Counted from the stretch's first letter, positions 47,866 to 57,704 are shown. The stretch: DNA of 64,000 nt from a bacterium (GCA_965233585.1 CBDDTI010000295.1:192418-256417), one strand, 5' to 3'. Program-made: numbers and translations. Notes: generated by a model not told the origin, from the letters alone.

Positions 47866-48594
47866 CTATCCTTTTATTACCCCATAAAAGAAAGTGCGGT
47901 AACCCCCATTCAAATCGTGATGGGACATCTTTCCCCAATCCTTAATGTCAACTACATCAGACCAATAGGTAAGGATTTCTTCAAGATTTGTAAAATATTC
48001 TCTTCTATATTGCTGTTCTCCAGGTGCATAAGTCATCAAAGAATGAAAAAACCCCAAACCGCTATGCCTTTCTAGTAATATTTGCTTAAATTCTTCTAGC
48101 TTCTCCAATAACATACCAAGTGATTTCTACCATCATCAAAACGTCAGGTTGAAAGTGTTTAAAAATATCTTGACAAAGTAAATCTGATTCCATAAAATTT
48201 TCCGACTTCCGACTTCCGACTTCCGACTTCCGACTTCCGACTTCCGACTTCCGACTTCCGACTTCCGACTTCCGACTTCCGACTTCCGACTTCCGACTTC
48301 CGACGAGATTTGCTTTGCTCTTTTTATAGCAGTTTTTGAAACATCTACACCCCAAACTCCCTCAAAATGCTCTGCAAGTTGCCTTGTATAGAAACCTAAA
48401 CCACAACCGTATTCTAAGGATTTCTTGTATCCATATTTTTTCAAAAGTTCAATGCCAATCTTCTTTTCAATTGAAAAAATTTCTCTTGTGGATTGGTTCC
48501 AGGGATCCTCAAAATTTTGATACATTTTTTCAAATTCACCAATGAATTGACCATTTTGAATGACATAATCCTGATAATTCTTGTCTTTTTTCAT
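47866..48594 (-). pseudogene. Class I SAM-dependent methyltransferase split over three frames
   Basis: LEYGCGLG and GVDVSKTAI motifs; frame shifted at the heptamer tract and again near 48110. Confidence 0.75.
48200..48304. repeat. Perfect heptanucleotide tandem repeat (TTCCGAC)15
   Basis: 105 bp, equal to 15 exact units, inside the methyltransferase gene. Confidence 0.97.
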
Positions 48595-48616
48595 AGTTGT
48601 TTTTGTGTAGGAATAT

Positions 48617-49048
48617 TCAGCATTGTTCTCGCTCTAACAAATAATTATCTTCAAAGACTTCTTGCCACGTTAGGTTCATAATTGTAGATTTCAAATGAGT
48701 TTCATCTTCTGCATCTTCTGTTGCATATTTAAAAGATTGTTCCCAAATTGTGTTGATATAATTTTGATTTAGAGAAGGCATTTGATCTTGTATCCTCCTG
48801 ATAGACTTTCTTTCATTTTTAATGGTATTCATCCAACTTTTTGAACGATGAGTAGGCTGAATTTTCCACTTGATTACGAGCATCATCAATACAATCAGAT
48901 GACTTTCTACTGATCGCTTGATACTTTTTCCCATGTCTTCAATTTCTTCAATCAAGTTTTCTAAATCTAATTGATGAAACTGTTTATTCTTCATCAAATC
49001 GGCTTGTTGTTCTGACCACAAAACAAAATCTTCATCGTAAAGTTGCAT
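48617..49048 (-). CDS. DUF29 family protein
   Basis: LYDEDFVLWSEQQA, LDLENLIEEIEDMGKS, KW..QP..RS.SW. Confidence 0.88.
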   Translation of the reverse strand: MQLYDEDFVLWSEQQADLMKNKQFHQLDLENLIEEIEDMGKSIKRSVESHLIVLMMLVIKWKIQPTHRSKSWMNTIKNERKSIRRIQDQMPSLNQNYINTIWEQSFKYATEDAEDETHLKSTIMNLTWQEVFEDNYLLEREQC

Positions 49049-49073
49049 CACATTTTCTCCCAACTCTAACCAT

Positions 49074-49760
49074 TTATTTGAATAGAAACTCTTTCATTAA
49101 AGCCTCACATATTCTTAAATCTTCTATAGAATCAATTTCAAATGTTTTCCAGAATTCTATCAAAGATAATCCTATTTTTCCTCCGAAACGATTATTACAC
49201 TTTTTCAAAACATCTGGTCTAAAAAGATAGAAAGAACCGTTTTCTACATATTGTTTTTGAATCTCCTGCCTCCTTTTTCTTGCTTGATAATCATAGTTAA
49301 TACTTTCTAATTGACTGTCATTAGAATATTGCCATAAAAACAAATCCTCAATTTCACTTGCTGAAAAAAGAGAATCATAATTTTCTAATTCAAATTTTTC
49401 AACTGCATGATCCAAGTCTTTTGACGTTCTCAAAGGAGAGGTGACTTGAGGAGCTACTACTAAATCAATAGTATGTTGTAATCGTTGTTCTATAAACTCA
49501 ATAGCATGCAACCAACCTGACTCTGAAGTTGCAAGATCACCTGACAAATCATCAGGTCTTTTTATGATTTTGACTCCATATTTTTTAGAAATTTCTAAAA
49601 TCTCATCACTATCAGAACTTACAAAAACCTCATCAATTTTTTGGGCATCAAGACAATTCTCAATTGTCCATGCAATTAAAGGTTTTCCACAAAAATCAAT
49701 CATATTTTTTTTGGGAATACCTTTAGAACCTCCACGTGCAAGGATAATCGCTACGTTCAT
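49074..49760 (-). CDS. neuA: Acylneuraminate (CMP-nonulosonate) cytidylyltransferase
   Basis: ILARGGSKGIPKKN, VSSDS, QVTSPLR, ENGSFY, EIDS.ED. Confidence 0.88.
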   Translation of the reverse strand: MNVAIILARGGSKGIPKKNMIDFCGKPLIAWTIENCLDAQKIDEVFVSSDSDEILEISKKYGVKIIKRPDDLSGDLATSESGWLHAIEFIEQRLQHTIDLVVAPQVTSPLRTSKDLDHAVEKFELENYDSLFSASEIEDLFLWQYSNDSQLESINYDYQARKRRQEIQKQYVENGSFYLFRPDVLKKCNNRFGGKIGLSLIEFWKTFEIDSIEDLRICEALMKEFLFK

Positions 49761-50074
49761 TTAGAAAACTCAGTATTTTGATAAACAATTTCACCAAATT
49801 TAAGAATTTGATGCTGGAGTTGTGGATTTTCAAGTTGTTCAAAAAGGGATAAATCCAACATGTAAGGCAGATGCAGTGTTTCAATGTGTTCATCTATCCA
49901 AAAAAGATGATGTTGTGTTAGGGCTTTCCCAAAAAAAGCCAAATCAATATCAGAACCTTGTTTATAGTTTCCTTGAGAACGAGAACCATAAAGGATCACT
50001 TTTTCAAGCTCTGGATATTGCATAAAAATAGTTTGCAACTGATTGATTGTTTCTTGTTTCAAACCATATTTCAT
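49757..50074 (-). CDS. Minimal nucleotidyltransferase (MNT) antitoxin
   Basis: LYGSRSQGNYKQGSDIDL (GSx10DxD). Confidence 0.9.
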   Translation of the reverse strand: MKYGLKQETINQLQTIFMQYPELEKVILYGSRSQGNYKQGSDIDLAFFGKALTQHHLFWIDEHIETLHLPYMLDLSLFEQLENPQLQHQILKFGEIVYQNTEFSK

Positions 50075-50475
50075 GATTTCTTTTGTTCAAGGTGTAATCG
50101 TTCTTTTAGAGAAAGGAATTCAAAATAATATTGTTCAACAATATCAAGATAAATGGTTTTTGCTGTTTTTTCATTATAAGTGTGAACGGTCAGTTGCCTG
50201 CTTTTGATAGACTGCATCCAGACTTCTCCGTGTTCAATCAAACCTCGTTGAAAGGCTAATCTGAAAGCATCTCTACTTCCTTGAATACTGCTTTCTCCTT
50301 GTGCTTCATAAAAATCTTTAATCGTTTTCCAAGCCAGTTCATAAGTGTATTCGAAACGTTGTATGACTCCTTCTCTTTCCAAATCTGATAATTCTCTTTT
50401 GGTGCTTAAAACGGTTGCTTGTTCCAATTGAGCAAGTGCTTTTTGAAAACTTTCAAAACGTTGAATCCATCGCAT
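50071..50475 (-). CDS. HEPN / nucleotidyltransferase substrate-binding protein (HI0074-like toxin)
   Basis: RWIQRF, IQRFEYTYELAWK, RQLTVHTY (Rx4HxY). Confidence 0.9.
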   Translation of the reverse strand: MRWIQRFESFQKALAQLEQATVLSTKRELSDLEREGVIQRFEYTYELAWKTIKDFYEAQGESSIQGSRDAFRLAFQRGLIEHGEVWMQSIKSRQLTVHTYNEKTAKTIYLDIVEQYYFEFLSLKERLHLEQKKS

Positions 50476-50484
50476 ACTTAGAAG

Positions 50485-52947
50485 CTAATGAAAAGCTGAT
50501 AAGATCACCTTAATCCGTTTACCATCAACACAGTTAAATTGAATTTTTGTTTGCTGCTGATCGGACTCCACGACTTGAGCATCAGCTCCTGAAACTATTT
50601 TCCATTGTCCTTGGATGGTGATCATAACAGGTTGCACCGTCGGTTTGGCATGCCATGTTTCACGTGTAGCAATATCCTTATACTCAAATGGTTTTAGAAT
50701 TTTACCCAATTCAGGATTCATCACAGCAACGACTAATTGATTGTTGTTCAATTCTTGAGTCATTACCATAGAAGGAACATTCGCATCGCGAATGAGTGTT
50801 CCGATGATTGGATGAGTATTCATAATGGCATAAGCAGTAACCTTATTCGGTTGGTAATGGACAATATGTGCATCTTGATCACTTTTCAAAATTTTAAACA
50901 GTTTTGATACGTTTTTTTGTAAAGATTGAACTCCTGTTTGTCCTCCATCAACATGAATATAATATTCATAAGAGGCATTTTTAGGATTCAATCCATGAAG
51001 GATTCTTCCAGAAACATAATGTTTAGAAAAGGTTTGTAATCCTGTGTGATCAGGTGCAGTTTGGTAAGATCGTTCCAAAATAAAATTTTTACCATTAGGT
51101 AGATAAAACGCATTGTTGACAGCATCAATTACTGTAATCTCTTTGGGTTGATTAACCAGTAAGGAAGTTTCTTTTGTTAAGATTTCTCCATTAAAAAAAG
51201 TGGTCTGATTTTTTTGTTGAAGAGCAGTTTGAAAAAGGGTGGTATGCACTTTATAATTTTCGTTTTTTGAAGAAATAGCACTTCCTAAAGCCACGATATA
51301 CTCATCAAAGTAAAAAACTGATTTTTTGGCTTTTAAGGAGCTTCTATTTGCTATGTATTGCATGGAAGACATACCATTGTTTTCATCTATAAATACTCCA
51401 CCAACAAAGAAATTTTTAGAAAATTGTCGGTCGTTTTTAGAAGGCATCTTCTCATAAGATTCATTCAGTGCAGTGGTTCCAGGGATACGTCTCCAATCCC
51501 AGCCTTCTCTAGCAATGCCACTGCCGACTTCACTGATTGGTTGACCTCCATTGAGGATCGTTAAAGCCCCTGCACCTGCATACTTACCATAAATGTTCTC
51601 ATGTTTACCAACAGGACCTTCATAATCCCATAAATATTTTCCGATACCTTTCCACAGCACCGCCCATTCTTTTTGACGATGTACGGACATGCCTGCGTGA
51701 TGAAAATACCAATGACCATTGGGAGCTTTCTCTGCCGTGCCACCTTGTTGAAGTTGATTGATAGCAATCTCTAAAGTTCCCATCGTTTGATAATATCCTT
51801 TACCAGCTTTCACTTTAGCCAATAACTCACTTTTGAACTTGGAGTAAGAAGGATCCCAATACCTTAAAAAAGCACCTTGCAATTCCTTTTGATAGGGGCT
51901 TTCAATAGTGGCTAGCAGTGCATAAAAAGGAGCTAAATTGATGCTTTTGCTAAAATCACCAGACCTTCCAGCAATACCGCGATGGTAACTGTATTTGTTG
52001 CTATAAATTCTAGCCGCCAGCATCGCTTTGAAAACATTAGTAGCACTCTCTTTCTCCAGTTGATACTCGGTTTTGTTCAAAATATAAGTCAGCACAGATG
52101 CCGCTTGTAAACCCATGTTTCCATAAGTAGAAACATAGGTATTTTTGTGATGATTGGTGGTGAAATCAGACTTGATAAAATCAGCAAAACCATCAGCAAC
52201 TTTCAGAGCTTTATTAGATAAACGCCAATGATAGTTCATTTGTACTTCTCTTTCTTTTCCAGCAGGTAGAGATAGGATATAGCACAGCCTGCTTTGCATC
52301 GCTGCGATAAGATGATCAGTATTGAAACCGTTCACTTCCCATAAAATGGGACGGTCAAATTTGGGACTAACCACTTCTGTTGCATAGTTCAATGTTTTGA
52401 GTTCCCTTTCAAGAAGACCCTCTTGTTTTAAGACATCACGCATTAAAAAAACAGAAACAGCATAAGCAACCATCCGATTACTGTATGAGCCACCAGCACC
52501 AATGATGCCTGTTTTTTCGTAATCTGCTAAATTTCCCCAGCCAATTTTTTGAGTTTCATTCCAGCCAGAAGCATGAATTTTGTTAAAAAGATCAACAATT
52601 TTACGTTTGACAAATGGGGAATGGTAATCTGGATTGGGGTTGTGAGGTTCTCCTGACGTTTGGTAACTGGTTGCCAGTGGTAATAATACATTTTGCCAAA
52701 CTTTGGTTCGTTGGTTTCGGTTGCTATATTTTAGCCTTCCAGAATCATACCTTTGATGAGCTTTTTCAATCAAAGCTAACAAACGTTTGTATTTGAATTG
52801 AACATGCTCATTGGAAAAATCTAGCTTTTGACTTCCTAGTAGCCACTGTTCGTATTTGATGACTACCCTTGCCACTTTGTCTGTTGCTTGAGCGTTGAAG
52901 AATGAGAAAGTGATGACCAGAAAAAGAAATAATTTGAAAAGAATCAC
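50485..52947 (-). CDS. Polysaccharide lyase family 8 (chondroitin/hyaluronate lyase-like), secreted
   Basis: Signal peptide ending AQA; KSDFTTNHH...Y...YG; GWDWRRIPGTT; AKKSVFYFD..IVALGS.I; TTLFQ. Confidence 0.78.
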   Translation of the reverse strand: MILFKLFLFLVITFSFFNAQATDKVARVVIKYEQWLLGSQKLDFSNEHVQFKYKRLLALIEKAHQRYDSGRLKYSNRNQRTKVWQNVLLPLATSYQTSGEPHNPNPDYHSPFVKRKIVDLFNKIHASGWNETQKIGWGNLADYEKTGIIGAGGSYSNRMVAYAVSVFLMRDVLKQEGLLERELKTLNYATEVVSPKFDRPILWEVNGFNTDHLIAAMQSRLCYILSLPAGKEREVQMNYHWRLSNKALKVADGFADFIKSDFTTNHHKNTYVSTYGNMGLQAASVLTYILNKTEYQLEKESATNVFKAMLAARIYSNKYSYHRGIAGRSGDFSKSINLAPFYALLATIESPYQKELQGAFLRYWDPSYSKFKSELLAKVKAGKGYYQTMGTLEIAINQLQQGGTAEKAPNGHWYFHHAGMSVHRQKEWAVLWKGIGKYLWDYEGPVGKHENIYGKYAGAGALTILNGGQPISEVGSGIAREGWDWRRIPGTTALNESYEKMPSKNDRQFSKNFFVGGVFIDENNGMSSMQYIANRSSLKAKKSVFYFDEYIVALGSAISSKNENYKVHTTLFQTALQQKNQTTFFNGEILTKETSLLVNQPKEITVIDAVNNAFYLPNGKNFILERSYQTAPDHTGLQTFSKHYVSGRILHGLNPKNASYEYYIHVDGGQTGVQSLQKNVSKLFKILKSDQDAHIVHYQPNKVTAYAIMNTHPIIGTLIRDANVPSMVMTQELNNNQLVVAVMNPELGKILKPFEYKDIATRETWHAKPTVQPVMITIQGQWKIVSGADAQVVESDQQQTKIQFNCVDGKRIKVILSAFH

Positions 52948-52996
52948 TTACTTTTGAAGTTTCATTGCTAAGCCTTCCGACTAAAGGCTTGGTTTT

Positions 52997-53824
52997 TTAC
53001 AAAATGCTTCTTCCGCCATCTATCACAAGGTTTTGTCCCGTCATATAAGAAGAAGCATTTGAACAGAGGAATTGGACTGCTCCTTGATAATCGTCTTGAT
53101 AAGCCATTCTATTCATAGGAATCAAATTTTTAATGCGTTCTACAAAACTATCGGATTGATTTACTTGAACACCACCGGGTGATAGAGCGTTAACACGAAC
53201 ACCTTGACTTGCCCAGTAACTAGCTAAATAACGAGTCAAACCGATCAAACCCGTTTTGATCACAGAATAGGTAATCGGTTTGACTGGTTGTAACTCATCA
53301 GGAGTATTTTCTTTTCGGTAAAGTCTTTGATCAGGAGCAATTACTGATAAATCTGAAGCAATATTCAAAATAACACCATGACCTCGTTTTGCCATTTGAA
53401 CACCAAAAATTTGAGAACATAAAAAAGCTCCACTCAACCCTACATCAATTTCTTGATTCCATTGTTCTAGTGAAAAAAACTCTAACCTAGATTTCTCTAA
53501 TCCTTGAGAATGTTTATCTACTTTTGCATCAATAGCGGCATTATTGATCAAAATATCAATTTGTATTCCATTCTGCTTTAAACGATTTTCTACTTCTGAA
53601 ACAGATTTTTTTTTCCGAACATCCACAACATGACATAAAATATTGTTTTCACAATGATGTTCTTTTAAAAAGTTTTTTTTCTGCTCTAAATTTTCTAAAT
53701 GAATATCGGTTAAAACAACCCTTGCTCCTAACTCTAACAAAGCTGAAGCGTGAGCAATACCTAGTAAGCCTCCTGCTCCAGTAATCAATGCAGTTTTGTT
53801 TGACAAATTGAATAAATCCAACAT
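52997..53824 (-). CDS. SDR oxidoreductase (PtmA-like, nonulosonate-locus type)
   Basis: TGAGGLLG, NNAA, YSVIK, VRVNALSPGG. Confidence 0.88.
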   Translation of the reverse strand: MLDLFNLSNKTALITGAGGLLGIAHASALLELGARVVLTDIHLENLEQKKNFLKEHHCENNILCHVVDVRKKKSVSEVENRLKQNGIQIDILINNAAIDAKVDKHSQGLEKSRLEFFSLEQWNQEIDVGLSGAFLCSQIFGVQMAKRGHGVILNIASDLSVIAPDQRLYRKENTPDELQPVKPITYSVIKTGLIGLTRYLASYWASQGVRVNALSPGGVQVNQSDSFVERIKNLIPMNRMAYQDDYQGAVQFLCSNASSYMTGQNLVIDGGRSIL

Positions 53825-53826
53825 CT

Positions 53827-54612
53827 TTAAGTTCTAGTCTGTCCACCATCTACTACCCAATTGACACCCGTAACAAATTGAGCTTGTTGAGAAGCTAAAA
53901 AGACAACGATTGATGCAATTTCCTCTGGTGTTCCAAAACGTTGTAAAGCTACTTCTGACTGAATCATTTGTTCCACTCCTTCTTTATCTTGTTTCAATTT
54001 ATCTTCCCATGTGGAACCAGAAAACAAGATATTGCCCGGAGAAACACAATTGACACGGACTTTATGTTTTCCTAAGGCACGAGATAAGTTCTTTGAATAA
54101 GTTTGTAACGCAGATTTTGCAGAAGCATAAGCAACAGGACAACCTAAAACTTCAATTCCACAAATGGAGCTTATAAAAGTGATAGATGAATTTAGAGATA
54201 AGCGAGCAGATTCAATGATCAAATTTTTCATCTTGTTCACACATGAAGCTGACGTTTTAAAATTGATTTTGAGCATCCGTTCAATTTCATCATCATCTTC
54301 TTCTAAAGGTGCAACAGATTTACCAGAACCAATATTGCAAATCAGATGATCTAAAACTCCCCAATTTTTAGTGATCAGTTCATGTAGTTTGGATAAATCT
54401 TGTTCTTGAGCAAGATCACCTGAAAAGTAAAGATTAGAATTGTGAGGAAAGCGTTTTAAAAATTCATTTTGAGTTTCTCGTAGTGCATGTGAATTTCTAC
54501 CACAAAGCAACACATGAGAACCTTCTTCATTAAATCTTTGAGCAATAGCTTTGCCTATTCCTTTTGAAGAACCTGCAACTAAAACTTTTTTATCTTGTAA
54601 AAAAAGCTCCAT
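53827..54612 (-). CDS. SDR oxidoreductase
   Basis: GSSKGIG, YASAK, RVNCVSPGNI, VDGGQ. Confidence 0.9.
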   Translation of the reverse strand: MELFLQDKKVLVAGSSKGIGKAIAQRFNEEGSHVLLCGRNSHALRETQNEFLKRFPHNSNLYFSGDLAQEQDLSKLHELITKNWGVLDHLICNIGSGKSVAPLEEDDDEIERMLKINFKTSASCVNKMKNLIIESARLSLNSSITFISSICGIEVLGCPVAYASAKSALQTYSKNLSRALGKHKVRVNCVSPGNILFSGSTWEDKLKQDKEGVEQMIQSEVALQRFGTPEEIASIVVFLASQQAQFVTGVNWVVDGGQTRT

Positions 54613-54616
54613 ATTT

Positions 54617-55447
54617 TTAAAAATAATTGCTAATCATTGTTTTATACTGAAGCAATATTTCTGCATGATTGTCATCTTTAGCACGCGCAGGTTGAAGAAT
54701 ATAATTACCTTGATAATTGATTTTCTTTAAATTTTCTATCACTCTTTGAAAGTCAACAGCACCTTCTCCAAATGGAACAGTTGTTCCTCGTAATAAACGA
54801 TCTTTAAGATGAACGTTTAAAATATAATCTCCATAAGTTTCTATTTCTTCATCACAAGAATATCCTAAACTAGCACTATTTCCTGTGTCATAATTGATTC
54901 CAAAACACTGTTTTTTAAAATTAGAAATAAAAGCTAGCAGTTGATGAGGTCCATAATCTGATTCAAAAGCAATTTTCATCTTCTTTTCTTCCAATGAAGA
55001 AGTCATTTTCATTAATCCATCTATCAAATTTTTTTCTTCTTGTGGAGAAATGATACTGGAATGATCTACTAAGGGAATGACTATGATCTTAATTCCTATC
55101 TTTGAAGAGTTGATAATCACTTTTTCTAATGCTTCTAAAAGTTTTAATTTAAGGGAAGATTCTTCTTTAAAAAAAGGTTTTTGCATAAAAAAATCACAAG
55201 TGATGCTCACAATTTTTAATGAAAATCTTGAAGATAGTTGGACAACTTTTTCTTGACCTTCTTCTGTCATTAAAGGATTCAAAAATAAATCTTCATAATC
55301 AGCAGTCCATTCCATCAAATCAAAGCCATATTGATTTGCTATACAAAATTCATTTTCCCAATAGTCTTTAGGAAAAGCCTGTATTTTACCATCTATGATA
55401 GGGGAAAGCCTTCCTTGCATAAAACCAATATTAGGTTCTTTAATCAT
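54617..55447 (-). CDS. Sugar-phosphate isomerase/epimerase (xylose-isomerase-like TIM barrel)
   Basis: IGFMQGRLSP, INYDTGNS, NVHLKDR, TVPFGEG. Confidence 0.82.
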   Translation of the reverse strand: MIKEPNIGFMQGRLSPIIDGKIQAFPKDYWENEFCIANQYGFDLMEWTADYEDLFLNPLMTEEGQEKVVQLSSRFSLKIVSITCDFFMQKPFFKEESSLKLKLLEALEKVIINSSKIGIKIIVIPLVDHSSIISPQEEKNLIDGLMKMTSSLEEKKMKIAFESDYGPHQLLAFISNFKKQCFGINYDTGNSASLGYSCDEEIETYGDYILNVHLKDRLLRGTTVPFGEGAVDFQRVIENLKKINYQGNYILQPARAKDDNHAEILLQYKTMISNYF

Positions 55448-55473
55448 AAATTCAAAAAAGATAGCTATTTAAA

Positions 55474-56310
55474 TTACTGTTTAAGATGAACACGAAGTTT
55501 TTTAGCGATTGGGATTTCTTCTTCTAACATTCTTACTTGTCCATCTCCCATAGCTTGTTCAATTTTTCTGACCGCTCCAACCAACATACTCAAACCTGAA
55601 GGTTCAATAGAAGCGGACTGATCGGATCCATACATAGAACGATCCAAAGTGATATGACGTTCTAAAGAGGAAATACCCAATGCTGCAGCCCCATAAGAAA
55701 CAGCCAATCCAACCTCATGTCCACTGTAGCCCACATTGCACTGATAACGATTACGCAAAGTTTCAATACATTTGAGATTGGCGTTTTTTTCATCCATTGG
55801 ATAAGTGGAAATGCAGTGCATGAGTTCAAAAGGACAATTTGCAGATTTAAAAATATCAACAGCTTGATCAATGTCTTTCAATTCACACATACCAGTAGAA
55901 ATGAAAGTATGTCGTTGTTCAGAAGCAACGAGTTTGAGAAAATGAGCGTCCACGATCATTGCTGATGCAATTTTATTGTATTTGAGATTGAACCGTTGCA
56001 GAAATTTTTGACTTTCCACATCCCATGCTGAGGCAAACCATTCAATGTTTTGCTCCTTACAAAAAGAATCAATGGCTTGGTATTCTTCAAATCCAAACTC
56101 TAACCCCTCTTTTTGTTCTCTAGTCGTTGTTCCCCAAGGGCTTTCTCTTGGGGATTCTAAAACCTCTACCGGATAGACTAAATCAATAGTTCGTTTTTGA
56201 AATTTAACAGCATCACAACCTGCCTTCTTAGCAACGTTGATCAAGTCTTTAGCAAGGTTGAGGTCTCCATTATGGTTGATTCCAATTTCTGCAATGATAA
56301 ACATGGGCAT
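55474..56310 (-). CDS. neuB: N-acetylneuraminate/nonulosonate synthase family (short form, no C-terminal SAF domain)
   Basis: IIAEIGINHNG, AVKFQKR, ISTGM, MHCISTYP, GYSGHE, ERHITLDR; only 278 aa. Confidence 0.85.
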   Translation of the reverse strand: MPMFIIAEIGINHNGDLNLAKDLINVAKKAGCDAVKFQKRTIDLVYPVEVLESPRESPWGTTTREQKEGLEFGFEEYQAIDSFCKEQNIEWFASAWDVESQKFLQRFNLKYNKIASAMIVDAHFLKLVASEQRHTFISTGMCELKDIDQAVDIFKSANCPFELMHCISTYPMDEKNANLKCIETLRNRYQCNVGYSGHEVGLAVSYGAAALGISSLERHITLDRSMYGSDQSASIEPSGLSMLVGAVRKIEQAMGDGQVRMLEEEIPIAKKLRVHLKQ

Positions 56311-56370
56311 AGTTTTTATTCAATTTGAGGTTCAAGAATTATAAAATAAGTGACTTACAACAAACAATGG

Positions 56371-57567
56371 CTAACTTTGATGAAATCTTAACATTCCGTT
56401 GTCTCCTACCCGACAATATGTAGTACAATCGCATAGCCTTTTTTGATATGAGAGAGAACGGTAATGGTTAAATCTCACTTCAGAAGGTGACAGATAGAGA
56501 TAAGGATGTTCCGTGTTAGCATCATGTACTCTAACTGCTTGAGTTCTCTCTGTATGAAAAATAATTTTAGAACTTTCTTGAAAAGCATTAACTTCTCGTT
56601 TTCTTCTATTCAACTTGATTAAAAAGTCATCTTCTGTAATGTTTGCTTGATAACCACATCCAAACCATTGGCAGCATAAAGAAAGCACTCCAAATTTGTA
56701 ATTTTTTTCATATTTCTCAATTATACCTAGAATAGAACTATCATCCATCGGAAAAATAAACTCATCAAGGTCAAAATGTGCCATATATTCTGAACTATAT
56801 CCGTGCAAAGAATGATTGATAGCGGCAGTTTGTGCTTGCTCTTTTCCATATTGATTACAGAAAGGAAATGGCCAAGCAATTATAGAAACTTGGTTAGACT
56901 CAATGAAAGGTTGTAAAATTTGAAAAAGATTATCAATATTAGCCGTCAAATTAAGATAGAGATAAAAATGATTAAAACCTATTTTAATATGGTGTTCTAA
57001 ATATCTTTTTAAAAAAGAGATATCATCTTTAAAATGCAGTATCATAGATAAATAATGGTATTTTTGATTGAATGAATTAATCTTAAATTGTTTTTCTTTA
57101 CTATCTATATACAGTTTTACACTTGCAAATTTAACTTGCAAATTTACCACACTCTCAAACTTGAGAACGATACAATAATCTCTTGAAGCAACAATAATTT
57201 TAGGTTCATATTTTGTATTTTCTATTTCTAAGTAGGTATAGTTATGGTTAATTTCAAATAGGTTTCTATGAATTGGCACAATGACAAAAATATCTTCATT
57301 TTTTATAAAAATATCTGTAATGATATAATGATCACCTCCAATTAACCAATAATTAGGTGTGTAGATATATTCTTGATAAAGATCTATTTTTTTTAAGAAA
57401 GCGTCTCTTTCTTGAATAAATAAATCTGTGTAATGAGGATGGATAAAAGCATTGCCTGATCTTTGGTCTGGAAAATATATCTTATGAGAATCTGTTTTTT
57501 TCCTAATCTGCTTTACTTTTTTCCAAAGAATTTTATTTTGAATTTTTTGCTTAATTTTTGAAATCAT
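56371..57567 (-). CDS. Glycosyltransferase family 92-like protein
   Basis: HH..IGF.HFYLY, W......Q..A.N, FDLDEF (DxD); very AT-rich. Confidence 0.7.
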   Translation of the reverse strand: MISKIKQKIQNKILWKKVKQIRKKTDSHKIYFPDQRSGNAFIHPHYTDLFIQERDAFLKKIDLYQEYIYTPNYWLIGGDHYIITDIFIKNEDIFVIVPIHRNLFEINHNYTYLEIENTKYEPKIIVASRDYCIVLKFESVVNLQVKFASVKLYIDSKEKQFKINSFNQKYHYLSMILHFKDDISFLKRYLEHHIKIGFNHFYLYLNLTANIDNLFQILQPFIESNQVSIIAWPFPFCNQYGKEQAQTAAINHSLHGYSSEYMAHFDLDEFIFPMDDSSILGIIEKYEKNYKFGVLSLCCQWFGCGYQANITEDDFLIKLNRRKREVNAFQESSKIIFHTERTQAVRVHDANTEHPYLYLSPSEVRFNHYRSLSYQKRLCDCTTYCRVGDNGMLRFHQS

Positions 57568-57704
57568 TTACGACCCATTGCTGTAGATTTCACCTACAAT
57601 TATTTATTGGTAATTAAGTCCATCACGCAACTTGCATTAGCTTATCTGATGCAAAGCGAGTATCATATCATGTCTTTTGAGCAAATTGGTATCTTAAAAA
57701 AAGA

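Noticed and set aside
48086..48355. Independent SEVGSRK-repeat protein
   Set aside because: It is an alternative frame of the heptamer tract; only its 3' part belongs to the broken methyltransferase.
52970..52998. Rho-independent terminator AAGCCTT-N7-AAGGCTT
   Set aside because: The T-tract is on the strand opposite to the flanking genes, so function is unsupported.
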